This document shows positions 43,376 through 52,918 of a stretch of DNA of 53,238 nucleotides, piece by piece. The notes beneath the pieces were generated by a model that was not told the origin of the DNA, did no database searches, and worked only from the letters and a program-made list of their open reading frames with translations. Location of the stretch: contig CAZHMJ010000004.1 in assembly GCA_964533805.1 (NCBI GenBank), positions 1 to 53,238 of the forward strand, given 5' to 3'. Every line of letters begins with the position of its first letter. Positions within the stretch are counted from its first letter, which is position 1. Both the position numbers and the translations under genes were made by a program. This stretch comes from an uncultured Anaerolineae bacterium (lineage in GTDB: Bacteria; Chloroflexota; Anaerolineae; Aggregatilineales; Ch27).

Positions 43376-45928
43376 ATGTCCCCGCGTCTGCAACGCCTGC
43401 TGCTCATTCTGCTGATGGTGTACTTCTGCCTGATCGGCGGCACGTTTTACACCGAGCGCTCGGCGGTGCTGCGCATCGTCCACCAGGTCCTCACCGCGCT
43501 GCTGCTGGTGGGCTGGCTGGTCACCCTCTGGCGGGAGCGGCGCGGCTTTCCCATGACTCCGCTGGATCGCCCACTGCTGGCGACCGGAATCGTCTGGCTG
43601 CTCTCGGCGTTCTTCGCCCTGGACCGGCGCGTCAGCCTGGAATACACCTGGCCGATCCTGGTCAATATCCTGGCCTTCTACCTGCTTACCGACCTGATGC
43701 GACGTGGCCGGCAGCGTTGGATCATGGAAGCCCTGTTCACGGTCGGCGCGGTGGTGATCCTGCTCAGCGGGATCGAGTTCATCTCCTGGTATTTCGGGCT
43801 GCCCCTTTCGCCGAATTTCGTGGTGAGCTGGCCGGAGGTTGGCGCGGGGTTGTTCCCCCCGATCTGGCACCGCCTGTCCCTGGCCTTGAATGTCTCCACC
43901 CTCCTCGGTTGCTTCACGGCGACTCTGGTGCCCATCAGCGTAGCCTGGGCGCTGACCGCCCGCCAGCGCGATCTGCGCGTCGGGCTGTGGCTGCTGGCCG
44001 CCGGTTTGACCGTCACCCTGCTCCTGACCCAATCGCGTGGCGCTCAGATGGCGCTGGCGACCTCCAGCGGCATCCTGCTCCTGACCTGGCTCCTGCGGCC
44101 CGCCGTGCGCCAACGATTTCCGTCTTTCCTGCGCATCCTGCTAGACCCGCGTCTGCTGGTCAGTGGCACCGTGTTGGTTGGAACCGCCCTGGTCGTCTTC
44201 GTGTTCGCGTCCACCCTAAGCGCCCCGCTGCGTTCCGGGGATGAGAACCGCTTCGACCTGTGGCAGAGCGCGCTGGAAATGGCCGCCGATCACCCACTGC
44301 TGGGGGTTGGCCCCTACCAGTATGGCCTGCGCCTGCGCACCTACGGCAATCCCGATCTCTCGTCCGCCCAGGACCGGCTGGTGGCCGCCCACAACCTCCC
44401 ATTGCATACGTTGGCCGAAGGCGGGCTGGCCGGGCTGATGGTCGCCGTGTGGTTGGGAGTGACCTTCGGACGCACTTGGTTCCAGACCTGGCGCATCGCC
44501 TCACCGGGACGCCGGCGGCGTCTGGAAGGCGGGCTGGCCGCGCTGCTGGGCTTTGGTGTCCAGAGTCTGGTGGATACCTTCACCCTGACCGCGCTGCTTC
44601 TGCCCCTGATCATCATCGCCGCCTACACCGTGGCCGGGCAGGTCACGCGCACCCAGGCGATCGCCGAGCCACAGACGCCCGGCTCCCCTCGCCGCTGGCC
44701 GGTCTATGTGGTCCTGATCCTGATCGCCGTGGCACAGGTCGCTTACCTGCCGGTCCACGCCGGCAATCTGGCCCATGACCGCGCCTTGCACGCCCTGGCG
44801 CTGAACGATTTTCCGACAGCCCTGGCCGAAACGCGCGCCGCCCATGCGGTCGATCCTGGCCTCAATCTCTATCCATTGCACGAGGCCTACCTCCTGGGGC
44901 GGATGGCCCAAACCGATCCGGATGCCTACCTGGAACCGGCCATCGCGGCCCACGAAGCGGCCCAGCAACTCGACCCAACCTGGGATACCGGCTGGTTCAA
45001 CCTGGCGGGTCTCTACGCCCAGGCCGGGCGCTACGAGGAAGCCGCAGCAGCCGCACAGACCGCCGCCACCTGGAACCCGGTCGAGCCGGGCTATCACCTC
45101 AAGCTGGGCGAATACCTGGAGAACCTGGGCCGCCTGGACGAAGCCCGCGTGGCCTACTTCGAAGCTATCCGGCGCGAGCCGGACATCGGCTCGTCAGGAT
45201 TCTGGACCGACCCGGCCCACCCCTGGCGCCAAGAGGTCCTCCAGGAAGCCGTGGGTTACTACGCCGACCAGCCCAGCGTGGGCATCCGCCTGGCGATCGG
45301 CGCGGGCGACCTGGACGCCGCGACCCAGCTCGCCCGGACCGTCGACGTGAACTCGGCCTCGTTTCGCCTGCTGCGTGACCTGGGCGATTGGGCGATGGCC
45401 GTCGACGATGAAGCGATCGCCCCCTGCCCAGAGTGTTATTTCATAGAAGCGCTAGAAAAAACCACGGAATACTACAGCGTGGATTTCAACCGGCTGGCCG
45501 AGGTCGCGCTGCAAAGCGACGGTGTGATCGAGCAGCTTGGCATGAATGCGGAACAGCTTGCCAAGACCGCGCTCTTTACGTCCGCCGAGATCTCCACCCG
45601 GAGCTGGTACATCCTGGCCCAGATCGAAGCACAGCGCGGCGGCGATCCGACGCTCATCAACGAGATGTTGGTCCGGGCCGTCCCGCCGCTGATCACACGC
45701 CAGGACTACGCTATGGCGGTCTATGGGCGGCCCGCCGCATTCGATATGCTGCCCCAGACGCGGACGCCCAAACTGTACCGCTACGAATACGAGCCGTGGT
45801 TGTGGCTGGCCGAACGTCTGAAAGAAGCTGGAGATGGGGACAGTGCGAGGCGAGTCTACCAGGCGCTGCTGGACGGCGATCCCTACCTGTGGGATGTGCG
45901 CCAGCTTCTCTCGGAACTGGAGTCCTGA
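43376..45928 (+). CDS. O-antigen ligase (Wzy_C)-family polytopic membrane protein fused to C-terminal TPR repeats
   Basis: Start at MSPRLQRLL (RBS GAGGAA). LTQSRGAQMAL and AHNLPLHTLAEGGLAGL are Wzy_C motifs. The C-terminal 400 aa have a TPR-like A..A..DP periodicity. Confidence 0.8.
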   Translation: MSPRLQRLLLILLMVYFCLIGGTFYTERSAVLRIVHQVLTALLLVGWLVTLWRERRGFPMTPLDRPLLATGIVWLLSAFFALDRRVSLEYTWPILVNILAFYLLTDLMRRGRQRWIMEALFTVGAVVILLSGIEFISWYFGLPLSPNFVVSWPEVGAGLFPPIWHRLSLALNVSTLLGCFTATLVPISVAWALTARQRDLRVGLWLLAAGLTVTLLLTQSRGAQMALATSSGILLLTWLLRPAVRQRFPSFLRILLDPRLLVSGTVLVGTALVVFVFASTLSAPLRSGDENRFDLWQSALEMAADHPLLGVGPYQYGLRLRTYGNPDLSSAQDRLVAAHNLPLHTLAEGGLAGLMVAVWLGVTFGRTWFQTWRIASPGRRRRLEGGLAALLGFGVQSLVDTFTLTALLLPLIIIAAYTVAGQVTRTQAIAEPQTPGSPRRWPVYVVLILIAVAQVAYLPVHAGNLAHDRALHALALNDFPTALAETRAAHAVDPGLNLYPLHEAYLLGRMAQTDPDAYLEPAIAAHEAAQQLDPTWDTGWFNLAGLYAQAGRYEEAAAAAQTAATWNPVEPGYHLKLGEYLENLGRLDEARVAYFEAIRREPDIGSSGFWTDPAHPWRQEVLQEAVGYYADQPSVGIRLAIGAGDLDAATQLARTVDVNSASFRLLRDLGDWAMAVDDEAIAPCPECYFIEALEKTTEYYSVDFNRLAEVALQSDGVIEQLGMNAEQLAKTALFTSAEISTRSWYILAQIEAQRGGDPTLINEMLVRAVPPLITRQDYAMAVYGRPAAFDMLPQTRTPKLYRYEYEPWLWLAERLKEAGDGDSARRVYQALLDGDPYLWDVRQLLSELES

Positions 45929-46072
45929 TCGGAAAAGCGGCAAGTGAAAACGAGCGCGGATCAGGCCACGGGCGCGGCACCGCCAACAGGAGAAGATACT
46001 GGGTGCCCGCGACGCCCTTCTGTTTCTGCTTTTGGCCGAACGCTGAGTGCTGAAAGCTGCTTATAGCGCTGG

Positions 46073-47638
46073 CTACTTCCAGACCCGCGCCACCAGACCG
46101 CCGCCGGGCATCGACACGAAAACCTGCCGGATAAAGGCCCGATCGTCGGGAGCGATTGCCCCCGTGCCCAGCACCAGACCGAGATAGACCAGCCCGCCGC
46201 CCAGCAGGGCAAGCGCCAGACGCAGCGCGGCCTGGGCATCAACCGTCGCCAGACTCGAAGGGCGCAGGATCAGAATGACTACTGCCATCCCGACTCCGGC
46301 CAGCAGCAGACGGCCCAGCCGGGGAAGCAGGCCGTGCAGCCAGCGACCCTCCGTATCCCACTGTCGCATCAGCACCAGCACCATGATCGACTCCGCCGTG
46401 ACGCTGCTGACGGCCGCGCCGGGCGTGCCCAGGCGCGGCAGCAGGATCAGCAGCAGCACGATGTTGAGCATCAACCCGCCCGCTCGCAGAAAGAGCAGGC
46501 GCGTCTGCTGGTTGCGGATCATCATCACCTGCGCGAACACATTGCCCACCATCGTGATCACGCCGTACCAGATCAATACGGCCAGCACATCGGTCGTCGC
46601 GGTGTAGCCGCTGCCGAAAATGAGCACGACCTGCGAGGCGAGCAGCGAGATCACCAGACCAATCGGCAGAGCGACCACCAGAGTCAGATAGGCCAGCTTG
46701 CCGACCAGAAAATCGAACGCCTCCAAGTCGTGTTCGCCATACTGGCGGCTCATCATCGGAAACACGGCAACCATCACGGTGGTATTCAGCAGCTCGATCA
46801 TGCCGGCCACGATCACGAAAGCCGCCGTCAGCAGCCCGGTATTCGCCTCCCCGATGGTCGCCGTGGTGAGAATCTTGTCGATATGCTGGTAGGCGCTGCC
46901 CATCAGCGACGTGGCGGCCAGGGGGGCGCCGTTGGCCAGCAGCCCCCACACGATCGCCCGATCCAGCGGCCAGGTCGTCCCTATCCCGCAACGAACCAGG
47001 GCCACCCAGTAGACGAGCGCCCGCGCCCCACCGGCGGCAATCGTCGCCCAGTACAGGCCGGGCAGCCCTAGCCCGCCGGCCAGGGCCATCGCTACCAGCG
47101 CGACCAGCAGCACGATATGCCCCACGCTGATGATCGACGGGATGATCATCTGCTCGCGGGCCAAAAGCTGGTTATGGACCATGTTGCCAAGCAGGTCCAC
47201 GAACAGGCTCAGCCCCGCCAGCGGCAGCAGCGCGCGGATCTCCGGGCTGTATCCGAGCAAATGGCCGGAAAAGATCAGCCCACCATACGCGACCAGCCCG
47301 AAAAGCGGCTGGACGACCAGCGTCGCGGCCAGGGTCTTGCCCGCCAATTCGCGCCGCTGTGCCACGTCACGCAGCACGATCAGCCCCATCCCGAACTCAG
47401 GCAGCGTGGCGGCAACGATCATCATCCCGCCGAGGGTGCCATAGATGCCGTATTCGCCGCGGGTCAGGAATTGGATCAGCACGAGCTGCCACAGGAACAG
47501 CACGCCCTTGGAAGCGACCGACGCGACGACCAGCGCGGCCGCGTTGCGCGCCACGCTACGAGCCGCATTGCGGACGGGGGGAACAGACAGCGCCGGTTCC
47601 GCAGGCGACGGGATGAGTGGGACAGGATTGCGCGACAT
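46073..47638 (-). CDS. MOP-superfamily polysaccharide flippase (Wzx-like)
   Basis: About 14 TM helices and the family-typical N-terminal [26 protein letters not shown]. Confidence 0.8.
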   Translation of the reverse strand: MSRNPVPLIPSPAEPALSVPPVRNAARSVARNAAALVVASVASKGVLFLWQLVLIQFLTRGEYGIYGTLGGMMIVAATLPEFGMGLIVLRDVAQRRELAGKTLAATLVVQPLFGLVAYGGLIFSGHLLGYSPEIRALLPLAGLSLFVDLLGNMVHNQLLAREQMIIPSIISVGHIVLLVALVAMALAGGLGLPGLYWATIAAGGARALVYWVALVRCGIGTTWPLDRAIVWGLLANGAPLAATSLMGSAYQHIDKILTTATIGEANTGLLTAAFVIVAGMIELLNTTVMVAVFPMMSRQYGEHDLEAFDFLVGKLAYLTLVVALPIGLVISLLASQVVLIFGSGYTATTDVLAVLIWYGVITMVGNVFAQVMMIRNQQTRLLFLRAGGLMLNIVLLLILLPRLGTPGAAVSSVTAESIMVLVLMRQWDTEGRWLHGLLPRLGRLLLAGVGMAVVILILRPSSLATVDAQAALRLALALLGGGLVYLGLVLGTGAIAPDDRAFIRQVFVSMPGGGLVARVWK

Positions 47639-47788
47639 GACGGCTCACTCTCAAATAACCAGAAACGCGGCGATTGTACACATCCGGCCGGTTCCGGTAA
47701 AGCGGCAGGCTGGCAGGCCGCGCCGGGCTTCGCTACAATACCGCCATCCAAGACACTTACTCGTCTTCCGCACAAAGGACAGCGCCTC

Positions 47789-49126
47789 ATGGCCACGCCC
47801 ATGCTAATTCAGAATATCGCCCAGTATGATGGGCAGGAAGTCGTCGTTCGCGGTTGGTTGTACAACAAGACCCACAAGGGCAAGCTCGTGTTCATGCAGG
47901 TGCGTGATGGCTCCGGCATTGCCCAGTGCGTGGTCTTTCAAAAAGAGGTCAGCGAGGCCGAATTCGAGGCCGCCAAAGCCCTGCCTCAGGAATCCTCGCT
48001 GATCCTGACCGGCACCGTCCGCAAGGACGAGCGCGCCCCCGGTTATCCCGGTGGCTACGAGATCGGCGTCAAGTCGCTGGAGGTCATCCAGAACGCGGAC
48101 GAGTACCCGATCACGCCCAAGGATCACGGCGTCGAGTTCCTGATGGACAACCGCCACTTATGGCTGCGTTCCAGCCGCCAGTGGGCCATCCTGCGCATCC
48201 GCGCCACGATCATCAAGGCCATTCGCGACTGGTTGGACGATCACGGCTACCTGCTGGTCGATACGCCGATCCTCACCCCGGCGGCCGGCGAGAACACGAC
48301 CACGCTGTTTGAAATCGACTACTTCGGAGAGCCGGCCTACCTGGCCCAGACCGGCCAGCTCTACAACGAAGTCAATATGGCCGCCCATGGCAAGGTCTAC
48401 TGCTTCGGGCCGACCTTCCGGGCCGAAAAATCCAAGACGCGCCGCCACCTGATGGAATTCTGGATGGTCGAGCCGGAGATGGCCTTCTTCGACCTGGACG
48501 CCCTGATCGAGATGGAGCAGGAATTCGTCTCATACATCGTCCAGACCGTGCTGGCCAAACGCGCGCAAGAACTGGCGATCCTGGAACGCGACACCACCAA
48601 ACTCCAGAACGTGACTGCGCCCTTCCCGCGCATCACCTACACCGAAGCCGTGGAACGCCTGCAGAGACTGGCCGCCGAAACCGACGATCCTGAACTGAAG
48701 GAAAACATCCAGATCGCGTGGGGCGATGACCTGGGTGCGCCGCACGAAACTGCCCTGGCCGAGATGTTCGATAAGCCAGTCTTCATCACCCACTACCCGG
48801 TAGAAGCCAAAGCCTTCTACATGGAGCCGAACAAGGACAACCCCAAGGTCGTCAACTGCACCGACCTGTTGGCTCCGGAAGGCTACGGCGAGATCACGGG
48901 CGGCAGCGAGCGCATCTTCGACCGCGACCTGATGGCCCAGCGCGTCAAGACGATGAACATCTCGGAAGAAGCCTATCGCTGGTACATCGACCTGCGCCGC
49001 TTCGGCAGCGTGCCGCACGCGGGCTTCGGCCTGGGCGTGGAGCGTGTCGTGGCCTGGGTGTGCGGCCTGCCCCACATCCGGGAGACGATCCCCTACCCTC
49101 GGATGCTGAATCGCAAGTATCCCTAG
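47789..49126 (+). CDS. asnS: asparagine--tRNA ligase
   Basis: Start at [10 protein letters not shown] (aa 225 of the track ORF). OB-fold N-terminus [26 protein letters not shown]. Class II motif 2 [21 protein letters not shown] and motif 3 [10 protein letters not shown]. Confidence 0.9.
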   Translation: MATPMLIQNIAQYDGQEVVVRGWLYNKTHKGKLVFMQVRDGSGIAQCVVFQKEVSEAEFEAAKALPQESSLILTGTVRKDERAPGYPGGYEIGVKSLEVIQNADEYPITPKDHGVEFLMDNRHLWLRSSRQWAILRIRATIIKAIRDWLDDHGYLLVDTPILTPAAGENTTTLFEIDYFGEPAYLAQTGQLYNEVNMAAHGKVYCFGPTFRAEKSKTRRHLMEFWMVEPEMAFFDLDALIEMEQEFVSYIVQTVLAKRAQELAILERDTTKLQNVTAPFPRITYTEAVERLQRLAAETDDPELKENIQIAWGDDLGAPHETALAEMFDKPVFITHYPVEAKAFYMEPNKDNPKVVNCTDLLAPEGYGEITGGSERIFDRDLMAQRVKTMNISEEAYRWYIDLRRFGSVPHAGFGLGVERVVAWVCGLPHIRETIPYPRMLNRKYP

Positions 49127-49160
49127 ACCGCCATCTTCGATCGTTTCGAGATTACACGGA

Positions 49161-49196
49161 CGCCGCCGCGACCGGAAAACCTGCGGTCCGGCGGCG
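49161..49196 (+). terminator. strong GC hairpin after asnS, without a U-tract
   Basis: CGCCGCCG-c-GACCG-N9-CGGTC-CGGCGGCG. 13 bp with one bulge. Confidence 0.35.
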
Positions 49197-49244
49197 CCTG
49201 AATACCCAGTCAGGCAATTGAGCGTTCTCCAACAAATCTCAGCC

Positions 49245-49445
49245 ATGAACCCGACTCCTCCAGCATCCGAATCCATCGTGTGTGAGCAATGCGGCAGCCC
49301 GATGGAATTTCACCGTTACCATGATCAGGCGGGCTGCGGCAGCGCCGTCCTGGCCCTGTGGCGCTGCCCGAACGGGCACGTCGAGTATGGAGATGTGATC
49401 GACTACGTCACGTGTGATCTCGACCCGGATCAGCCGGACCACTGA
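49245..49445 (+). CDS. small zinc-ribbon protein (hypothetical)
   Basis: CEQCGSP...CPNGH. ATG at 49245 inside track ORF 49218..49445, which begins with TTG. Confidence 0.3.
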   Translation: MNPTPPASESIVCEQCGSPMEFHRYHDQAGCGSAVLALWRCPNGHVEYGDVIDYVTCDLDPDQPDH

Positions 49446-49667
49446 GTCCTTCGCCGCCAGTAGAACCCGTTTACGTTCGCACCCGATCGGATCGTGCCCA
49501 TGCCAGACCAACCCATCAGCCTCGTATGCAGCGCGGGCGGTCAGATCGCCGCGCCGACGGATTGGCGCTGCACCGCATGCGCCGGTCCGCTGGAGCTTGA
49601 GGCCCTGCCGGTCCGAATTGCTATGCAGTTACCGAAGCCTGTCTACTGTTGACTGAGGACTCGTCGA

Positions 49668-50600
49668 ATGTCCGTCACCTTCCGCGATATCGTGGCCGCG
49701 CGCCAGCGAATCAAGCCTTTCCTGATCCAGACCCCGCTTGAGCCAGCCCCTGGCCTGGGCGAGGCTGTCTTCCTCAAGCTGGAGCAGGTCAACCCAACCC
49801 ACAGCTTCAAGGTGCGCGGGGCGTTCAACGCGGTGCTCAGCCTGTCGCCGGAGGAGCGCGCGCGCGGAATCGTGGCCGCATCCAGCGGCAACCATGCCCA
49901 GGCAATTGCCATGGCCGCGTCGTGTTTTGGCCTGAGCGCCAAGGTGGTCATGCCGGCCCATACCCCGCGCCGCAAGATCGACGGCACACGCCGCCACGGC
50001 GCGGAGGTCGTCCTGCACGGTGACCTGTATGACTATGCCGAACAGCACGCCCGCCAGATCGAAGCCAGCGAAGGCCGGACGTACGTCTCCCCGTACAACG
50101 ATCCGCGCATCATCGCCGGGGCTGGCACCTGCGGCCTGGAGGTTCTGGAGCAGAATCCGGCCATCGAGCGCGTGATCGTGCCGGTTGGCGGCGGCGGGCT
50201 GATCAGCGGAATTGCCACCGCAGTCAAAGCCATCAATCCCCAAACCGAGGTGATCGGTGTCAACGTCGCCGCTTCTCCGGCCATGTACAACGCCTTTTAT
50301 GGCACGGCCTACCTCCAGATCGCCGATACGCTGGCCGAAGCCCTCAGCGGCGAGATCGAAGGCGACCTGACCATCCGCCTCTGCAAGCAATCAGTCGACC
50401 AGATCGTGCGAGTCGACGAAGACGCGACGGCCGCCGCCATGCGCTGGCTGCTTGACGAGCAGGGCTGGCTGGTCGAAGGCGGCGGCGCGGTCGGGGTAGC
50501 GGCAATGTTGACCGGGGTAATCCCGACCAGCGACAAGCCAACCGCCATCATCCTGACCGGCAGCAACCTGGATTCGACCACGCTGCGGCGGATCCTCTAG
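49668..50600 (+). CDS. PLP-dependent threonine/serine dehydratase family enzyme (fold type II)
   Basis: PLP-Lys motif NPTHSFKVRGAFNAV, Gly loop VPVGGGGLISG, ASSGNHAQA. Confidence 0.85.
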   Translation: MSVTFRDIVAARQRIKPFLIQTPLEPAPGLGEAVFLKLEQVNPTHSFKVRGAFNAVLSLSPEERARGIVAASSGNHAQAIAMAASCFGLSAKVVMPAHTPRRKIDGTRRHGAEVVLHGDLYDYAEQHARQIEASEGRTYVSPYNDPRIIAGAGTCGLEVLEQNPAIERVIVPVGGGGLISGIATAVKAINPQTEVIGVNVAASPAMYNAFYGTAYLQIADTLAEALSGEIEGDLTIRLCKQSVDQIVRVDEDATAAAMRWLLDEQGWLVEGGGAVGVAAMLTGVIPTSDKPTAIILTGSNLDSTTLRRIL

Positions 50601-50639
50601 CATCCGGGACAATTCATCCCCTTTTTAATGCATGGAGTA

Positions 50640-50669
50640 TTGTCTAGAACTTATGTTCTATGGTATGAT
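50640..50669 (+). promoter_or_regulatory. sigma70-type promoter TTGTCT-18-(TGG)TATGAT
   Basis: Located in an AT-rich island. The -10 is part of the palindrome TATGAT-gt-ATCATA. It drives the small ORF at 50715. Confidence 0.5.
50646..50659. promoter_or_regulatory. candidate LexA (Cheo-type) SOS box AGAACTTATGTTCT
   Basis: Perfect GAAC-N4-GTTC palindrome filling the -35/-10 spacer. Confidence 0.45.
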
Positions 50670-50682
50670 GTATCATATCACC

Positions 50683-50696
50683 AGAACATATTTTCT
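50683..50696. promoter_or_regulatory. second, imperfect SOS-like box AGAACATATTTTCT
   Basis: GAAC-N4-TTTC, one mismatch. It lies between the predicted TSS and RBS GGAGG (50704..50708). Confidence 0.3.
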
Positions 50697-50714
50697 ATTC
50701 AACGGAGGTGTGCC

Positions 50715-50939
50715 ATGCTCAATACCACCACCCAATCGCCGACCTTCGCCCAGACCCTGGTCGCCTGGTGGTTCCGGCTATTCCTGGCCGTCGCCGGACA
50801 GTTCACCAATCTCCAATCAACTGTCCGACAGCCTGCGGTCGCGCGGCGGCCAGCATCACCCTGTGGCCAACGCCTGTACCCAATTCCGCCGGAGCGCGCT
50901 CACCTCTATGCCCGCGCCGCCGATGAAGGCTGGTATTGA
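50715..50939 (+). CDS. 74-aa hypothetical single-pass membrane protein downstream of the SOS-like boxes
   Basis: RBS GGAGG 6 nt before the ATG. Hydrophobic helix FAQTLVAWWFRLFLAVAGQF and a basic/Pro-rich tail. Confidence 0.4.
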   Translation: MLNTTTQSPTFAQTLVAWWFRLFLAVAGQFTNLQSTVRQPAVARRPASPCGQRLYPIPPERAHLYARAADEGWY

Positions 50940-51041
50940 GAGTGGCAGGCAGTTTGTCCAGGCCGACATTCCCGCTTGCCTTCGAAGGCGGAACCCGGCA
51001 CACTTGCAACAGGAAAGCGCAGTCCGATCGGGGATGCCGGT

Positions 51042-51524
51042 ATGCCACTGAGTTTCGTTCGGGGAGATATCTTTCTGAGCCGGGCGCAGGTGCTGGCCTT
51101 TGGAATCAACGCACACGGTGGCGCGGAAAGCGATCCCTATTTCACTGCCCTGCTCGACCGCTACCCAGCCGCGCTGGCTACCTTCCGCAAGCAGACTCGC
51201 GCCGGGCGCATCCAGCCTGGGATGGTCTGGATCTGGCGTGAGAACGTTCCGTGGGTGGCCCTACTCGCCGTTCGTGAACGGGCTTCCAGCGCCACCCGCC
51301 CGCGCTACGTAGAAAGTGCCGCGCAGCGAATTGCCCACGATTGGCCCCAGGAAGGCATCCGCACACTGGCGTTGGCCCGTCCCGGCGATTGGGGAGATTG
51401 GCCCAACTTGCGACTGGCGCTCCTCAACTGGCTGGAGAACAGCTCGTTGCGCGTGGTCGTCTACGAGGATCACCTGCCTGCCATTCGGGTTGCCGAACCC
51501 TGGGACAGTCCTGACTCCCCTTAA
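51042..51524 (+). CDS. macro-domain-like protein (divergent)
   Basis: MPLSFVRGDIFLSRAQVLAFGINAHGG and IRTLALARPGDWGDWPNL follow macro-domain strand order, but the Gly-rich ADP-ribose loops are degenerate. Confidence 0.4.
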   Translation: MPLSFVRGDIFLSRAQVLAFGINAHGGAESDPYFTALLDRYPAALATFRKQTRAGRIQPGMVWIWRENVPWVALLAVRERASSATRPRYVESAAQRIAHDWPQEGIRTLALARPGDWGDWPNLRLALLNWLENSSLRVVVYEDHLPAIRVAEPWDSPDSP

Positions 51525-52270
51525 TCTTCCCTCATCTGGAGATTGAGCCGGGCGGACTGACACAGCGAGGAGCCGCCAGCGGCCACCCACTGCTGGAGCG
51601 TCTCGCTGGCGGATGCGTCCGTCTGCGTATCCGCGTAAATCCCCGTCCCCCAGGTGTAGTAGTAGCGCGACTCCTCAGGCCAGTTGGCCCAGGCATAGAC
51701 GAACACGCTCGGCCCGCCGTTGTAACAGGCAAAGGCCAGGCCCACATTCTTCTGTGGGTTGTAGGGGCTGTTCAGGCATTCGCTCAGGATACTCAATCCG
51801 CGCCGGGCATTGGTATCGGGATCGAGCATATCCTCGCCAACCGCGAAATGGAGCGGCATAACCTGCATCAGGCCCTGCGCTCCGGCGGGTGACTGGGCCT
51901 GCGGATCACCGCAGCTCTCGATCTGGATGATCGTCGCCACCAGGTCGGGATCGAGCTGGGCTTCAGCGGCCCAGCGCAGGATATCCGCCTGCCAGTAATC
52001 CACCTCCGCCGTGAACAACGGCGCCAGTTGCCCGCTGGGCAGCGCTTCCAGCCGCCGTTCGTCACTACTGTAGCGACTGAGCGACTCGTAATGGGCGACC
52101 ATGTTGGGCAGGAAGGAGCCAACCAGCGCCACCACCCCGCACAACACAATCCAGAACGGCAGCAGGCGCACCAGTCCGCCGCGCGATTGCGAGTCCGATT
52201 CGGTTTGTTCTGCCGGTTTTTCGCGTGTCATCGTTGCCGTCGACTTCGATCCATCACCGTTATCGATCAT
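51521..52270 (-). CDS. membrane-anchored lytic transglycosylase (SLT domain)
   Basis: Catalytic IQIESCGDP and GAQGLMQVMP, plus AFACYNGG. The start is uncertain (52270 or 52231). Track start 52459 would overlap the OsmC gene. Confidence 0.75.
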   Translation of the reverse strand: MIDNGDGSKSTATMTREKPAEQTESDSQSRGGLVRLLPFWIVLCGVVALVGSFLPNMVAHYESLSRYSSDERRLEALPSGQLAPLFTAEVDYWQADILRWAAEAQLDPDLVATIIQIESCGDPQAQSPAGAQGLMQVMPLHFAVGEDMLDPDTNARRGLSILSECLNSPYNPQKNVGLAFACYNGGPSVFVYAWANWPEESRYYYTWGTGIYADTQTDASASETLQQWVAAGGSSLCQSARLNLQMRED

Positions 52271-52386
52271 ACCCTTTCTACCGGTCTTTACGCACCCACG
52301 CTCCAGAAGTTCCACCGCGCGATTCCAACAAAAAGCGGCGTCCCTTTCAGGAACGCCACTGGGATTGTCTTCGGCCTGGGACAGGT

Positions 52387-52773
52387 TCAAGCCATCTGAA
52401 CCACGGATGTATGGACGTTGAACTGAGGCGGATTCTCCAGATGTTTCTTGACTGCGCACTGATCCGCGGCGCGGATCACGGCCTCTTTGTACTTCTCCGG
52501 GAAATCCGGCGGCACCTGAATGTCCAGTTCGATCTGGTCGATCAGGCGCGTGAAGGGATTGGAAGACATGCGCTGCACGATGCGAATGTTCTCGGTCGGG
52601 ATTCCACGTTGCGTGCAGAAGCTCAAGACATAAATCCCGGCGCAGGTGCCGATCGAAGCCAGAAACAGGCCAAAGGGCGCTGGCGCGGAGCCGTCCTGGT
52701 TGGTCGTGATCACCATATCCCCGCTGATTGCATCCACACGCGCGCCACCGGGAAAAACGATTTGCATCTCCAT
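52387..52773 (-). CDS. OsmC-family protein
   Basis: Start at MEMQIVF (RBS GAGGTG). FLASIGTCAGIYVLSFC and AADQCAV carry the paired Cys typical of the OsmC/Ohr fold. Confidence 0.8.
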   Translation of the reverse strand: MEMQIVFPGGARVDAISGDMVITTNQDGSAPAPFGLFLASIGTCAGIYVLSFCTQRGIPTENIRIVQRMSSNPFTRLIDQIELDIQVPPDFPEKYKEAVIRAADQCAVKKHLENPPQFNVHTSVVQMA

Positions 52774-52856
52774 GGATTCCACCTCGGATTTCAGGAACAA
52801 TACAACGCTCAATACCCGATTAGATGCATCCACCAGACGGAGGTTACGCGCCGGAG

Positions 52857-52889
52857 TAAAAAAATCCGCGTGAGAATACTCACGCGGAT
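52857..52889 (-). terminator. intrinsic terminator after the DedA gene
   Basis: Minus strand: AUCCGCGUGAG-uauu-CUCACGCGGAU (11 bp perfect) followed by UUUUUUAC. Confidence 0.75.
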
Positions 52890-52918
52890 GGGTAAATCAG
52901 ACGATTGCAGAAATCAGT

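Noticed and set aside
462-47788. Many long ORFs in the six-frame track lie antisense to, or out of frame with, the called genes. Examples are 287..1306, 462..1751, 2666..3943, 4699..5598, 8731..9987, 10401..11960, 15162..16835, 16132..17427, 18087..19487, 22067..23632, 24626..25954, 26068..27093, 29079..30011, 30141..31385, 39833..40786 and 43175..44113. The first 224 codons of 47117..49126 belong to the same category.
   Set aside because: High-GC DNA keeps non-coding frames open. These translations are Arg/Pro/Gly/His-rich low-complexity strings with no motifs. Each fully overlaps a gene with clear family signatures on the other strand or frame. For 47117..49126, only the part from Met225 (47789) matches AsnRS, and the upstream part is antisense to the flippase gene.
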